59,678 nt of DNA from Spirochaetota bacterium (GTDB lineage Bacteria; Spirochaetota; Spirochaetia; JABEVK01), in the NCBI GenBank assembly GCA_020049045.1, contig JAIFLN010000017.1, positions 1-59,678 of the forward strand. Direction: 5' to 3'. The translations under genes were made by a program, and so were the position numbers. Each line of letters opens with the position of its first letter. Within the stretch, counting starts at the first letter, position 1. The notes under the pieces are model-generated. The model searched no databases and was not told the DNA's origin. It worked only from the letters and a program-made list of their open reading frames with translations. Positions 38,013 to 48,243 of the stretch are shown piece after piece.

Positions 38013-39029
38013 TTGCGGCCCGTGAAAACCACGATGAAGAGCCTTGCCGAGGAGCTTGGCCTCTCCCGTTCCACGGTGTCGTTTGTGCTCAACGGTGAAG
38101 CCGAAAAGCGCCGCATTCCCCCCGAGACGGCGCAGCGTATCCTCGACCGGGCGGCCGAGCTCGACTTCCGGCCGGATTTCTTCGCCAGGGCGCTCAATAC
38201 CCGCCGCACCGGCTCCATCGGCCTGGTGTTCCCCGATGTGCACGAGGCCTACATGTCGGAAATGGTGCGCGGTATTGATGAGGTGCTCGGCCAGCACAAT
38301 GCCCTGATGATGCTCACCTCGAGCCGCTTTGACCGCGCGGTGGAATTGCGCAACGTCCAAGCACTTCTGCATCGCGGCATCGACGGCTTGCTGGTGGTCC
38401 CTTGTGCTGATTTTCGGGGCGCGGCGAGTCCGGTTCCCCCGTTGGCCGAGACCCTGAGGCGCTCGAGTTTGCCTGTGGTGGCCATTGACCGTGTGCCGGC
38501 AGGCTGGGCGGCCGACGCGGTGGTGCAAGACGACCGGGTTTCCGCACGACGCATTGTGAGCCGTTTGCTGGCCGGCGGAGCGCGTCGTGTCGCTTCCGTG
38601 TCGTTCGACCTGGATGCCTCGAGCGTGCGCGACCGCCATGCGGGTTACCTCGAAGCGCTCACCGATGCAGGTCTGTCCCCCGAGGCGTGTTTGCAGGTTT
38701 GGCTGAACCAGGTCAACCCGCAGTCCGGTGATCTTTTAGCCGCTGTCACGAGGTTGATGGCGCTGCCACCCCAGGAACGTCCTGACGCCTGGTTTGTCAC
38801 CACGGCGGGCCTGGCCTACCGCACCCGCGAGGTGCTCGTGCCCCTGTTGGCCGGGGCACCCCTGCCACCCATGGCGCGCTTCGGAGCCGACCCGGCCTTC
38901 CACGACAGCGGCATGCTTGCGGTGGTCCAGCCGCACAAGGCTCTCGGTCGTGCGGCGGCCGAATTGCTGTTCGACCGCCTGGAGCAGCGTGCCGGGGCGC
39001 CTACCACGCTTGTCGTTCCGACGAGTTGA
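38013..39029 (+). CDS. LacI-family regulator
   Basis: TMKSLAEELGLSRSTVSFVLNG HTH; hinge PDFFARAL; start uncertain. Confidence 0.93.
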   Translation: MRPVKTTMKSLAEELGLSRSTVSFVLNGEAEKRRIPPETAQRILDRAAELDFRPDFFARALNTRRTGSIGLVFPDVHEAYMSEMVRGIDEVLGQHNALMMLTSSRFDRAVELRNVQALLHRGIDGLLVVPCADFRGAASPVPPLAETLRRSSLPVVAIDRVPAGWAADAVVQDDRVSARRIVSRLLAGGARRVASVSFDLDASSVRDRHAGYLEALTDAGLSPEACLQVWLNQVNPQSGDLLAAVTRLMALPPQERPDAWFVTTAGLAYRTREVLVPLLAGAPLPPMARFGADPAFHDSGMLAVVQPHKALGRAAAELLFDRLEQRAGAPTTLVVPTS

Positions 39030-39038
39030 AATTCCTGA

Positions 39039-39069
39039 TTGACGGCTATGCTAACCTAGGTTAGCATAG
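39039..39069 (+). promoter_or_regulatory. Sigma70 promoter covered by a perfect 24-bp palindromic operator
   Basis: TTGACG-17-TAGCAT; CTATGCTAACCTAGGTTAGCATAG at 39046-39069. Confidence 0.85.
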
Positions 39070-39087
39070 GGACAGGATGGAACTGCT

Positions 39088-39765
39088 ATGAAACGAAGTG
39101 AAATCAATGCCCTGTTGCGCCGGGGCCAGGCCTTTTTTGACAAACACCAGTTTGCCTTGCCGCCCTGGGCGGCGTGGGGCCCTTCTGCGTGGAAAGATCT
39201 CGGAGCCGAGGGCGACGAGATTCGCAACCATCAGCTGGGTTGGGACATCACCGACTTCGGTTCGGGCGATTTTTCCCGGCGCGGGCTGTTTCTGTTCACC
39301 GTACGGAATGGACGTCCGGGGCAGGGGCACAAGACCTATGCCGAAAAAATCATGATTGTCGAAGTGGGGCAGGAAACCCCCTGCCACTACCATTTTCACA
39401 AGGCAGAAGACATTATCAACCGAGGGGGCGGCGTGCTGGTGCTGCAGCTTTGGAACTCGGCACCCGACGGCAGCCTGGCCACTACCCCTGTGGAAGTCAG
39501 CGTCGACGGTATCAGGCGTCGACTCGATGCCGGGAGCCTGGTGCGCCTGTCGCCTGGCGAAAGCATCTGCCTGGAAACGGGGTTGTATCACCGGTTTTAC
39601 GGTGAGGGAAGCACCGTGCTTGTCGGTGAGGTCAGCCAGGTGAACGACGACCATTCTGACAACCGCTTTCTCGAACCCCTGGGCCGGTTCCCCGACCTTG
39701 TGGAAGATGAGGCCCCTTGGCGCTTGCTGGTCTCCGACTATGCAAAATGGGGTGCTGGTCGATGA
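39088..39765 (+). CDS. D-lyxose/D-mannose isomerase family cupin
   Basis: MKRSEIN, GWDITDFG, YAEK, PCHYHFHKAEDIINRGGG, GEVSQVNDD. Confidence 0.92.
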   Translation: MKRSEINALLRRGQAFFDKHQFALPPWAAWGPSAWKDLGAEGDEIRNHQLGWDITDFGSGDFSRRGLFLFTVRNGRPGQGHKTYAEKIMIVEVGQETPCHYHFHKAEDIINRGGGVLVLQLWNSAPDGSLATTPVEVSVDGIRRRLDAGSLVRLSPGESICLETGLYHRFYGEGSTVLVGEVSQVNDDHSDNRFLEPLGRFPDLVEDEAPWRLLVSDYAKWGAGR

Positions 39766-40961
39766 GCACGAAGTTCCGCCTGGCCGGTACCGGGTGTTGT
39801 CTGCTCGACATCATCCACGCCAAGGTCGACTTTTCGTCACCGCTGATGGAGCCTTTCCGCTCGCGTTCACCCGGTGACGGAGGGCTCGAACCAGGCAAGC
39901 TGGTGTTCAACGAAGACTTTGAGCGCTTTTCCGGTCAGGCATGCCTGCCCGCTCTCGCCAGGCTCACCGGGGGCAGCGAGCCCGACGCGCGCAATATCGG
40001 CGGTCCGGGCGTGGTCGCTCTGATCCACGCCGCCCAGCTGCTCGACCCCGCCCTTTTTGACGTGCAGTTTACGGGCACCCTGGGGCACGACAGAGTAGGC
40101 GACGAGCTGGCGCGGCTGTTGGAACGCACACCGGTCTCCCCTCGTCATTTTGTGACCATGCCGGGTGTCACGCCGTTCACCTACGTTCTTTCCGACCCCT
40201 CCTACGATGGGGGCCGCGGTGAACGCAGCTTTCTGAACAACATCGGCACGGCCGGTCTGCTGCGGCCCGAGAACCTTCCTGAAGATTTTCTGACGGCCGA
40301 TCTGGTGGTGTTTGGCGGCACCGGATTGGTGCCCCTCATTCACGACGCACTCGACGACCTGTTGCCCCGGGCCAAGGCCAACGGTGCCTTGACCGTGGTC
40401 AACACGGTCTATGATTTCCGCAACCAGCGGAAAAACCCGGGCGCGCGCTGGCCCTTGGGTTCCAGCGACCGTTCCTACGCGGCCACCGACCTGCTGATTG
40501 CCGACCACGAAGAGGCGCTGCGCCTCAGCGGCACCTCTTCGGTAGACGAAGCACTGGCGTTTTTTATCGCTCAAGGGGTAGGGGCTGCGGTGGTGACCAA
40601 CGGCGTGCGGAACATCGAGGTGGCCGTTGGTTCGCAGCGGTTCACGCCCCGGGGGCGCTGGTCGATGCCGGCCTCGCGTGCCATCGTGGACGAACTGGCC
40701 CGGCACCCCGAGCGCAAAGGCGACACCACCGGTGCGGGCGACAATTTTGCCGGTGGCGTGCTGGTGTCCGTCGCCAAGCAGCTGGCGGCCGGGAACTCTG
40801 ACCCCGTTGACTTGCAGGAAGCCATGGCCTGGGGGGCTGTCAGTGGTGGCGGTGCGTGCTTCCACATGGGCGGCGTGGAGTATGAGAAGCAGCGCGGCGA
40901 CAAGCTCGCCCGCCTGGAACCCTACCTCAAAGCGTACCGGCAGGACCGGAAAAGGACGTAG
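39762..40961 (+). CDS. PfkB-family carbohydrate kinase
   Basis: DTTGAGDNFAGG signature; VVTNG; ATGA overlap. Confidence 0.9.
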   Translation: MSTKFRLAGTGCCLLDIIHAKVDFSSPLMEPFRSRSPGDGGLEPGKLVFNEDFERFSGQACLPALARLTGGSEPDARNIGGPGVVALIHAAQLLDPALFDVQFTGTLGHDRVGDELARLLERTPVSPRHFVTMPGVTPFTYVLSDPSYDGGRGERSFLNNIGTAGLLRPENLPEDFLTADLVVFGGTGLVPLIHDALDDLLPRAKANGALTVVNTVYDFRNQRKNPGARWPLGSSDRSYAATDLLIADHEEALRLSGTSSVDEALAFFIAQGVGAAVVTNGVRNIEVAVGSQRFTPRGRWSMPASRAIVDELARHPERKGDTTGAGDNFAGGVLVSVAKQLAAGNSDPVDLQEAMAWGAVSGGGACFHMGGVEYEKQRGDKLARLEPYLKAYRQDRKRT

Positions 40962-40962
40962 C

Positions 40963-42132
40963 ATGCCCCGTTTTGTTCAGTTTGGTGCCGGCAATATCGG
41001 GCGTTCCTTTATTGGACGCTTGTTTGCTGAAGCCGGTTTCGAGGTGGTGTTTGTCGATGTCGACGCCAGCCTGGTCGAGCGCTTGAATGCGCGGCGCGGC
41101 TATCCCGTGGTGGTCAAACAGACCGGCCGGCACGACGAGGTGCGAGCGGTGCAGGGCGTACGCGCGGTGAACGGCCGCGATACAGACGCCGTGCTGGCCG
41201 AGGTGTTTGCCGCCGACTACGCTGCCACCTCGGTGGGCCAGCGCGCGCTGGCGTCGGTGTTGCCGGTACTGGCCCAGGGGCTGGCTTTGCGACGTGAGGC
41301 GGGCCGACCAGCGCTCGATGTCATCATTGCCGAGAACCTGCGAGGCGGCGCGGAGCTTTTCCGCCAGGCGCTGGGCGGGGTGGCTCAGGGTTCACCCCCG
41401 GCTGTTGGCCTTATCGAAACCAGCATCGGCAAAATGGTGCCCCTCATGCCCCGCGAGGCGCTGGAGCAAGACCCGTTGCAGCTGTTTGCCGAACCCTACG
41501 ATACGCTGATTGTCGACCGGAAGGGGTTTGTGAATCCCCTGCCACCTCTAGCCGGTCTGAAACCCGTCGCCGATGTGCTGGCCTATGTTGACCGCAAGCT
41601 GTTTATGCACAACATGAGCCATGCGGCTGCGGCGTACCTGGGCTGGCAGGCCGACCCGACGCTGGTCTGGTTGTGGCAGGTCATGGAGCTGCCGCAGGTG
41701 GTGGCTGGGGTGTCGAGGGCGCTGGCCCAAAGTGCGGCGGCCTTGCTGGCCGCCTACCCCCATGCCTTTACCGCCGCCGAACTCGACGAACACGCCCAGG
41801 ACCTGCTGGCTCGCTACCGCAACCAGGCGCTGGGCGACACCCTGCACCGGGTCGGCCGCGATGTGCCCCGTAAGCTCGCGCGAGAGGACCGCCTGATCGG
41901 GGCCTGCCTGCTGGCCGACCGGTTCGGCTTGCCCTGCGATGCCATTGCGCGCGCCGCTGGGGCCGCGCTGAGTTTTGCGGCTCCCGACGAAAACGACCGC
42001 CACTTGCCCGCAGACGAGGCCTTGCGGGCGACTTTGGCTGTTCAGGGTCGTCGGGCCGCTTTGGCCGCAGTCAGCGGGCTCAGCGAGTCGGAACCGCACG
42101 AGGCGGCGCTGCTTTCTGCTTGCCTGGCCTAG
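40963..42132 (+). CDS. mtlD: Mannitol-1-phosphate 5-dehydrogenase-like
   Basis: QFGAGNIGRSFIG, AEN, RKLFMHN..H, D...RVGRD..RKL motifs. Confidence 0.85.
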   Translation: MPRFVQFGAGNIGRSFIGRLFAEAGFEVVFVDVDASLVERLNARRGYPVVVKQTGRHDEVRAVQGVRAVNGRDTDAVLAEVFAADYAATSVGQRALASVLPVLAQGLALRREAGRPALDVIIAENLRGGAELFRQALGGVAQGSPPAVGLIETSIGKMVPLMPREALEQDPLQLFAEPYDTLIVDRKGFVNPLPPLAGLKPVADVLAYVDRKLFMHNMSHAAAAYLGWQADPTLVWLWQVMELPQVVAGVSRALAQSAAALLAAYPHAFTAAELDEHAQDLLARYRNQALGDTLHRVGRDVPRKLAREDRLIGACLLADRFGLPCDAIARAAGAALSFAAPDENDRHLPADEALRATLAVQGRRAALAAVSGLSESEPHEAALLSACLA

Positions 42133-42134
42133 TT

Positions 42135-43169
42135 TTACTGGAAAGTTCCGAAGTCGCGTGCGGCCGCCACAAGCGCCCGCAGATTTTCTGCGGGGGTATT
42201 GCCACCGAGAGCGCAGCCGGAGCTGAGAAAGAAGGGGCTGCCCGCGGCAGCAAGCAACGCTTTTTTGGCGGCCTGGCGCACCTGTTCAGGCGTTCCTGTG
42301 ACTAGGGGCTCCGAAGGATTGAGGTTGCCCATCAGTACCGCCCGGCCGGCTACGAGCTTGGCGGCGGCTTGCAGGTCTACCTTCCAGTCCAGCTCGAGGA
42401 TGTCGGCTCCTGTGGCTGCCAAGTCCGACAGAATCTCCGTTGTATCACCGCAGATATGAACGGAAAAGGGGATTTCCAAAGCGCGGGCCGCCAACGCCAG
42501 CTTCCGTTCCGGTTCAAAGGCAAAGTCGCGATACATCTGAGGTGATATCAGGTTCGGGCTGGCGTAGGCGTCGCCGATGGAGGTGGCATGAGCCCCCGCT
42601 TCCTTTTGAGCTGCGGCAAACCGCCTGACAGCTTCGGTGCACCACTCCAGCGCGCGGACAATCTCTTGGGGGTCTTCGGTCAGCAGGTCCACCATCATAT
42701 TCTGGGCTCCCCGGAGAAGGCAAAGCAGGTCGAACGGCCCTTGGTCTGCCCGACCCATAACAAAGACGTGGTCTCCAATGGAATCAACCAGGGTACGGGT
42801 CGCCTCGAGCCAAACCGGCAGTCTGCCGTCCTTCCAAGGGTCAGGGATTTTGAGGTCATGGATCTGGCGCAGATCGGTCAGCAGCGGCTGGCTCTCATCG
42901 ACGGCGGCAACTTCCTGTTCCCGAAAGTGCACTTTGGCACCGCAGGCTTCGGCGAGACTGGCGTCATCGACGTCGATGACGCAACCATCGTAACCGAACT
43001 CCTGCTGGCAGAGCCGATGCGACTCCGCCAGGAGTTTTCCACTGCGGTTGATCTGCCCGATCGAGTACCCTGCATACCGGCAAGCAAACAGAAACGCTTG
43101 GGGAATCACAGGTACCCGGTCAGGTTGACGGCGAGCCAGGACGGCCTGGCAACGCTCCAGCGAAGTCAT
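42135..43169 (-). CDS. UroD/MtaA-CmuA-family protein
   Basis: PDRVPV, GPF, HICG and SSGC (Zn-ligand pattern), MGNLNP; lacks the HemE RQAGR motif. Confidence 0.88.
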   Translation of the reverse strand: MTSLERCQAVLARRQPDRVPVIPQAFLFACRYAGYSIGQINRSGKLLAESHRLCQQEFGYDGCVIDVDDASLAEACGAKVHFREQEVAAVDESQPLLTDLRQIHDLKIPDPWKDGRLPVWLEATRTLVDSIGDHVFVMGRADQGPFDLLCLLRGAQNMMVDLLTEDPQEIVRALEWCTEAVRRFAAAQKEAGAHATSIGDAYASPNLISPQMYRDFAFEPERKLALAARALEIPFSVHICGDTTEILSDLAATGADILELDWKVDLQAAAKLVAGRAVLMGNLNPSEPLVTGTPEQVRQAAKKALLAAAGSPFFLSSGCALGGNTPAENLRALVAAARDFGTFQ

Positions 43170-44140
43170 GCGCGGGCCTGCCGACTGTCCCGTACTTGGT
43201 AAATCAAGACGGCACCGAGAATCAGCCCTGCCTTGGCCACGTACTGCCAGTACTCATCCATGTTCAGCAAGGTCATGCCGTTGAGCAGAACCTCCAAGAA
43301 CATGACACCGATAAAGGTACCCCAGATGCGCCCTTTCCCTCCCATCAAACTCACCCCGCCGATCACGCACGCTGAAATCACAGTAAATTCGAGACCCGCC
43401 CCCACAGTGGGGTTTCCGGCCTGAATCTGGGCTGAGGTGATCAACGCCGCAACCACTGTCAGTGCCGACGTGATGGCCATAATAGCCATGCGCTTGCCCT
43501 GGACGTTGATGCCCGAAAGCCGTGCCGATTCGGCATTGCCGCCTATGGCATAAACGGCCCGCCCGAAGCGGGTATATTTCGACAAGAAATAGGCGACTGC
43601 AAAGATGACCAGAAACACAATGGCCTGAAAAGGAATTCCATAGACGTAACCGCTTCCCAAAAAGAAGAACCATTCGGGAAAAGGGCTGATCGGAAAACTA
43701 CCCGTTACAAGGTTCGCTCCGCCCCGCAGTGCGGCCATCCAGGCCAGAGTGGTGATAAAGGTTGGCACCGAAAAGCGGTGGCGGATCCAGCCGGTAAACA
43801 TTCCGCTCAAAATCGCCAGCACAAAACAGGTGACGACGGCCACAATCATCACAGGCACCATCGGCCAACCGATCCCTGTTAAATTCTGAACCAAAACCGC
43901 GGCCACGCAGCCGAAAAAGGCAATGGCGGAACCGACACTGATGTCGATTTCCCCCGAAATGATGACCAGCGTCATACCAAAAGCAATAATTCCCGTTGTC
44001 GAGGCATTGCGCAATACATTCAGCAGATTGTCCCAACTGGCAAAGCCCTTGGCAGCGAAGCTCAAATACAGAACGATCAGGATGAGTATCCCTTCGAGCA
44101 TAAAGTCCTGGAGTTTCAGGCTCTTGGTTTTCACTGACAT
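43166..44140 (-). CDS. Monosaccharide ABC permease (RbsC-like)
   Basis: EIDISVGS, TRFGRAVYAIGGNAESARLSGI, IGGVSLMGG. Confidence 0.94.
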   Translation of the reverse strand: MSVKTKSLKLQDFMLEGILILIVLYLSFAAKGFASWDNLLNVLRNASTTGIIAFGMTLVIISGEIDISVGSAIAFFGCVAAVLVQNLTGIGWPMVPVMIVAVVTCFVLAILSGMFTGWIRHRFSVPTFITTLAWMAALRGGANLVTGSFPISPFPEWFFFLGSGYVYGIPFQAIVFLVIFAVAYFLSKYTRFGRAVYAIGGNAESARLSGINVQGKRMAIMAITSALTVVAALITSAQIQAGNPTVGAGLEFTVISACVIGGVSLMGGKGRIWGTFIGVMFLEVLLNGMTLLNMDEYWQYVAKAGLILGAVLIYQVRDSRQARA

Positions 44141-44144
44141 TTGA

Positions 44145-45638
44145 TCAGTCCTCCATACATTTGGTAAAAAGCTCTTCCAAGTCCAACGTGTCTGGAATAG
44201 CCTCGGATTCGATACGGCCGTGCTTCATGATCAAAATCCGGTGACAAACTTCCAACAGTTCTTCCAGCTCGGTGGAGACAAAGACCACGCTGAGCCCCCG
44301 GCGGCTCAGGTCCCACATAATTTGGAAGATCTGCTGCTTGGCCTGCACATCAATGCCCCGGGTCGGCTCATCAAAGAACATGATGGAAGGGCTGGTGTTC
44401 AGCCAGTTGCCCACCACGATCTTCTGCTGGTTTCCACCGCTGAGCGAAGAGACCGCATTTTCTGCATCTGCGATCTTGATTTGCAGTTCCTTGGTCCAGC
44501 GTTCCACAATGGGCTGCTGCATTTTGCGTGAAATCAAACCCTTGGGAGCAACCGAATCGAGACTGGCATAGCAGAGATTGTCGCGGATGCTCAGCATCTG
44601 CACCAAGCCTTCTTCCTTGCGGTTTTCGGGGGTCATGGCCAGACCAAGCTTTTTCATCGAAGGGATGGCCGGCCGTTTGACCAGCTTGCCAGCTACAACG
44701 ACTTCACCCGAATCGATGGGATCGGCGCCGAAAATGGCCCGCAGCAGCTCAGACCGGCCCGACCCGAGCATACCGGCGATGCCTAGGATTTCGCCCTTGT
44801 GGAGTTCAAAGCTGACATTGGTCAGTTTGGTTCCCTGGCTGAGGTTTCGGACTTCCAGGGTGACTTCAGGGGAAGGAACCAGGTTGGCCGGACGCTTGAG
44901 CAGCTGGGTTTCGCCAAACATCATATCGACAATGATTTTTGGCGTCGCTTCAGCTATTTGTTTGGTGCCGATGTATTTGCCGTCCCGAAGGACAATGACT
45001 TCGTCGGCGACCCGGCGCACTTCATTAAGCTTATGCGTGATAAAGACGACGATGACGCCCTTGGCTTTGGAGCTCTGTATGACCTGGAAAAGGCTCTCGG
45101 TTTCATGGCGAGCCAAGGCCGAGGTTGGTTCATCCAGAATCAAGACTTTGGGACTGCAAGACATGGCTTTGGCGATTTCGATCATTTGCCGCTGCCCGAC
45201 ACTGAGCTGGGCAACCTTGGTCGTCACCGGTATCTCGATGCCCAGCGACTTCAGGATCTCGGCAGCCTTCTCGTTTGTCGCCTTCCAGTCGATAATGGTG
45301 TTCCGTGGACCCTTCATGCAGTACCGTCCGTTCAGGATGTTTTCTGCAATGCTGAAATCCAAAATCAGGCTCAGTTCTTGATAAACAATGGCGATACCGG
45401 CGTCGAAGGCTTCGATGGGTGACTTGAAACTCACCGGCAGGCCATTGAGCCGAATCTCGCCCTTGGTCGGCAAGACGGCTCCAGAGAGACATTTGACCAG
45501 AGTGCTCTTTCCGGAACCGTTCTTGCCCAACAACGCATAGACCTTTCCGCCGTGCAACACGGCGGAAAGGTCGTCGAGAGCAAGGGTACCCGGATACTCT
45601 TTCGTCAGGTTGCGAACTTCCAGGGAAAAGTTATCCAT
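44145..45638 (-). CDS. Monosaccharide ABC ATPase (RbsA-like)
   Basis: GKNGSGKST, LDEPTS, LSGGNQQK, DEPTRGID; RBS GAGGA before ATG 45638. Confidence 0.95.
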   Translation of the reverse strand: MDNFSLEVRNLTKEYPGTLALDDLSAVLHGGKVYALLGKNGSGKSTLVKCLSGAVLPTKGEIRLNGLPVSFKSPIEAFDAGIAIVYQELSLILDFSIAENILNGRYCMKGPRNTIIDWKATNEKAAEILKSLGIEIPVTTKVAQLSVGQRQMIEIAKAMSCSPKVLILDEPTSALARHETESLFQVIQSSKAKGVIVVFITHKLNEVRRVADEVIVLRDGKYIGTKQIAEATPKIIVDMMFGETQLLKRPANLVPSPEVTLEVRNLSQGTKLTNVSFELHKGEILGIAGMLGSGRSELLRAIFGADPIDSGEVVVAGKLVKRPAIPSMKKLGLAMTPENRKEEGLVQMLSIRDNLCYASLDSVAPKGLISRKMQQPIVERWTKELQIKIADAENAVSSLSGGNQQKIVVGNWLNTSPSIMFFDEPTRGIDVQAKQQIFQIMWDLSRRGLSVVFVSTELEELLEVCHRILIMKHGRIESEAIPDTLDLEELFTKCMED

Positions 45639-45660
45639 AAGTATCCTCAACGGGTTCTCG

Positions 45661-46617
45661 TTATTTCAGGGTCTTGGCGACGGCCTCAATGGTCTTGGGG
45701 TCGGTGCGCGACAGAGTCTGACCTGGTACAATCGTCATTTTTTCGACGCTCTGACCATCCAGAACTTTGACAGCGGCTTCCACGCTGGAGTAGCCCATGG
45801 TGTAGGGATCCTGACCCGTGACGGCCTGCAGAATATTGTCCTTGGCCTGAAGGAAGCTCACCATCTGCTTGTCCACATCGAAGCCGAAAACGACAGCCTT
45901 TTTGTTGGCAGCCTTGGTTGCCAGAACAGCACCCTTGGTGCCTCCGTCGTTACAGCCAAAGAAGATGTCCAGGTCGGGGTTGGCAGTCAGAATATCGCCT
46001 GATTTCTTGGTCGAAGTTTCGACGGCCCATGCGGCGGCTTCTGCAACCAGGGTCACGCCGGGAAGGTCCTTGATCTCGTTCCAGAATCCATTCTGGCGGG
46101 AGTCGCTCTGGGCGGGCAGCAACGGCTGGAAGTTCACTATGGCAACCTTGATGGTCTTCTTGCCCTTCAGTTTGGTTTTGATGTATTCGGCAGCGGCGCG
46201 ACCGGTTGCGGCAGCCAGATTGGCATCGTCGGACTTGAACGTCGCCGAAGGAAAGTCTGCTCCCAGGGTGTTGTTGTACGAGATGATCTTGATGCCCTTG
46301 TCGTAGGCGGCCTGAAGAGCGGGAATCGATCCGGCGTTGGCATCGAGTGTGGTGATGCAAATGGCATCGACACCGCGGGCAGCGTAGGTGTTGACGGTGG
46401 AAACTTCCTTGGTCAGCTGATTGGCTGTGTTGGCAGTGACCAGGTCAACGTTGTATTTCTTGGCGGCGTCTTGCATTCCGGTAAGAATGGTCTTCATGAA
46501 CTGATCTTCCTGAAAGACGATGCCGGCAATGGTGTACTTTTTAGCCTGGGCTGAAAGAGAGGTCGAAAAGGTAAGGGTCAGAATCAGGGCGAGGGCGATC
46601 GTAAAAGTCTTCTTCAT
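45661..46617 (-). CDS. Monosaccharide ABC binding protein (RbsB-like)
   Basis: Signal peptide; CND, GFD, QDPYTMG. Confidence 0.92.
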   Translation of the reverse strand: MKKTFTIALALILTLTFSTSLSAQAKKYTIAGIVFQEDQFMKTILTGMQDAAKKYNVDLVTANTANQLTKEVSTVNTYAARGVDAICITTLDANAGSIPALQAAYDKGIKIISYNNTLGADFPSATFKSDDANLAAATGRAAAEYIKTKLKGKKTIKVAIVNFQPLLPAQSDSRQNGFWNEIKDLPGVTLVAEAAAWAVETSTKKSGDILTANPDLDIFFGCNDGGTKGAVLATKAANKKAVVFGFDVDKQMVSFLQAKDNILQAVTGQDPYTMGYSSVEAAVKVLDGQSVEKMTIVPGQTLSRTDPKTIEAVAKTLK

Positions 46618-46754
46618 TGTTCATTCCTTGTTTCTTGTATTCGAGGTTTTTCCATAAGGCATCCAGCGACGTGGATGCCGAGAGCGTTGCAGGCCTTCCT
46701 CCTTCGGTTTCAGGGTTCATCGCGCGGGCGAATCGAAATCCGCTGAACCTGCTT

Positions 46755-46770
46755 TGCAAGGAGCGTGCCA
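46755..46770 (-). promoter_or_regulatory. Sigma54 -24/-12 promoter
   Basis: TGGCACGCTCCTTGCA, matching the consensus TGGCACG-N4-TTGCW. Confidence 0.92.
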
Positions 46771-46811
46771 ACCTTTTTCTGGTCGAAAAAGGCGAATATG
46801 GAGAAAAAAGT

Positions 46812-46858
46812 TGCACTGTATCAGTGCAGATGGGTAAAGATAGCACAATTAATGTGCA
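46812..46858. promoter_or_regulatory. Two NtrC-type enhancer palindromes
   Basis: TGCACTGTATCAGTGCA (46812-46828) and AGCACAATTAATGTGCA (46842-46858), 30 bp apart. Confidence 0.82.
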
Positions 46859-46881
46859 TGAAGTTGAATGGTTTCGCCGGC

Positions 46882-48243
46882 TCAGACCATGAGGTCGGGA
46901 CCCAGGCCAAACCGGCGGATTTTCTCTCTCAAGGTGTTTCTGTGAAGGCCCAGCATCTCGCTGGCTTGGTTGCGGTTCCAGCGGCACTGTTTCAGGACAC
47001 CGAGAATGTGCTGAGCTTCCACCGCTTCCAGCCCCAGAGCTTCTGAGGGCGTGTCCGACAGGGACACGCCTGCGGCCAGTTCGAAAGGAAGGTGCTCCGG
47101 CATCAAGACTGGTCCGTCTCCGAGAAGGACGGCCTGCTCGATGCAGTGTTTAAGCTCCCGCACGTTTCCTGGCCAGTGGTAGGCACACAGGCGGGCCAGG
47201 GCCTCGGGCGCGACGGTTTCCACTGGACGTTGATAACGTAGGCCGAACTCGGCCAGGAACCGCGTGACAAGCAGGGGAATGTCTTCCCGGCGCTCTCGTA
47301 AGGGAGGAAGGAAGATGGCGACGACATTGAGGCGGTAGTAGAGATCTTCCCGGAACCGCCGGGCCGCCACTTCGGAGGGAAGATCCTTGTTGGTGGCGAC
47401 AACCAGACGGATGTCCGTGGCAATGGGGCGGTTTCCTCCCACCCTTTCGAACTCGCCTTCCTGCAGAACCCGCAGCAGCTTCGCCTGCATCAGGGCGCTC
47501 ATATCCCCCACCTCATCGAGGAACAGCGTTCCGCCTTTCGCCAGTTCGAAGCGTCCCAGACGCGTTCCGGTGGCCCCGGTGAACGAGCCCTTTTCATGGC
47601 CGAACAGCTCGGTTTCGAGCAGGGATTCTGAGAGAGCCGCGCAATTGACCGCAACAAAGGGACCTTCGGACCTTATGCCCTGCCGGTGCAGCGCCCGCGC
47701 GACCAGTTCTTTGCCCGTACCGCTTTCTCCGGTGAGCAGAACCGTCACATCGTGCTGGCTGACCCTCTTCATCAGACTGAAGACCTGTTGTATCCGGGGA
47801 CCCAGCCCCGTAATCTCTGGAAAATCCAGCGTTTGCTGCTTGAGAATGGTTCGCAGGGCCTGATTCTCCTGGCTCAGTTTTCTCAGGGTCAGGGCGTTGC
47901 TGATGGTGTTTTTGAGTTCTTCCAGATCAAAGGGTTTGGTCAAAAAGTCAAAGGCGCCCTGACGGATCGAATCGACCGCCGTCTTGATCGAACCGAAGGC
48001 GGTCATCATCACCACCGCAACCTCCGGCGTGGACGTCTTGATGCGGCGCAAAACCTCCAGCCCTTCAATGTCGGGCATCCGCAGGTCCAGCAGCACGAGT
48101 TCGGGGTGTTTTTCGGCAACCAGCCGCAGACCTTCGGTGCCGTCGGGTGCGACCAGCACCTCGTAGTCCTCGTCCAGGAGCACGGCTTCAAGCACTTCTC
48201 GAAAGGCTCGGTCGTCATCAATGATGACTAAACGCCCCCTCAT
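46882..48243 (-). CDS. Sigma54-dependent response regulator (NtrC/AtoC family)
   Basis: REC domain, GESGTGKE, ELFGHEKGSFTGA, FLDEVG, WPGNVREL, Fis HTH. Confidence 0.96.
   Translation of the reverse strand: MRGRLVIIDDDRAFREVLEAVLLDEDYEVLVAPDGTEGLRLVAEKHPELVLLDLRMPDIEGLEVLRRIKTSTPEVAVVMMTAFGSIKTAVDSIRQGAFDFLTKPFDLEELKNTISNALTLRKLSQENQALRTILKQQTLDFPEITGLGPRIQQVFSLMKRVSQHDVTVLLTGESGTGKELVARALHRQGIRSEGPFVAVNCAALSESLLETELFGHEKGSFTGATGTRLGRFELAKGGTLFLDEVGDMSALMQAKLLRVLQEGEFERVGGNRPIATDIRLVVATNKDLPSEVAARRFREDLYYRLNVVAIFLPPLRERREDIPLLVTRFLAEFGLRYQRPVETVAPEALARLCAYHWPGNVRELKHCIEQAVLLGDGPVLMPEHLPFELAAGVSLSDTPSEALGLEAVEAQHILGVLKQCRWNRNQASEMLGLHRNTLREKIRRFGLGPDLMV

Noticed and set aside
40627-40962. N-terminal extension of MtlD
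   Set aside because: Overlaps the PfkB gene; homology starts at ATG 40963.
42135-43169. hemE (true uroporphyrinogen decarboxylase)
   Set aside because: Lacks the RQAGR motif and has no tetrapyrrole gene context.
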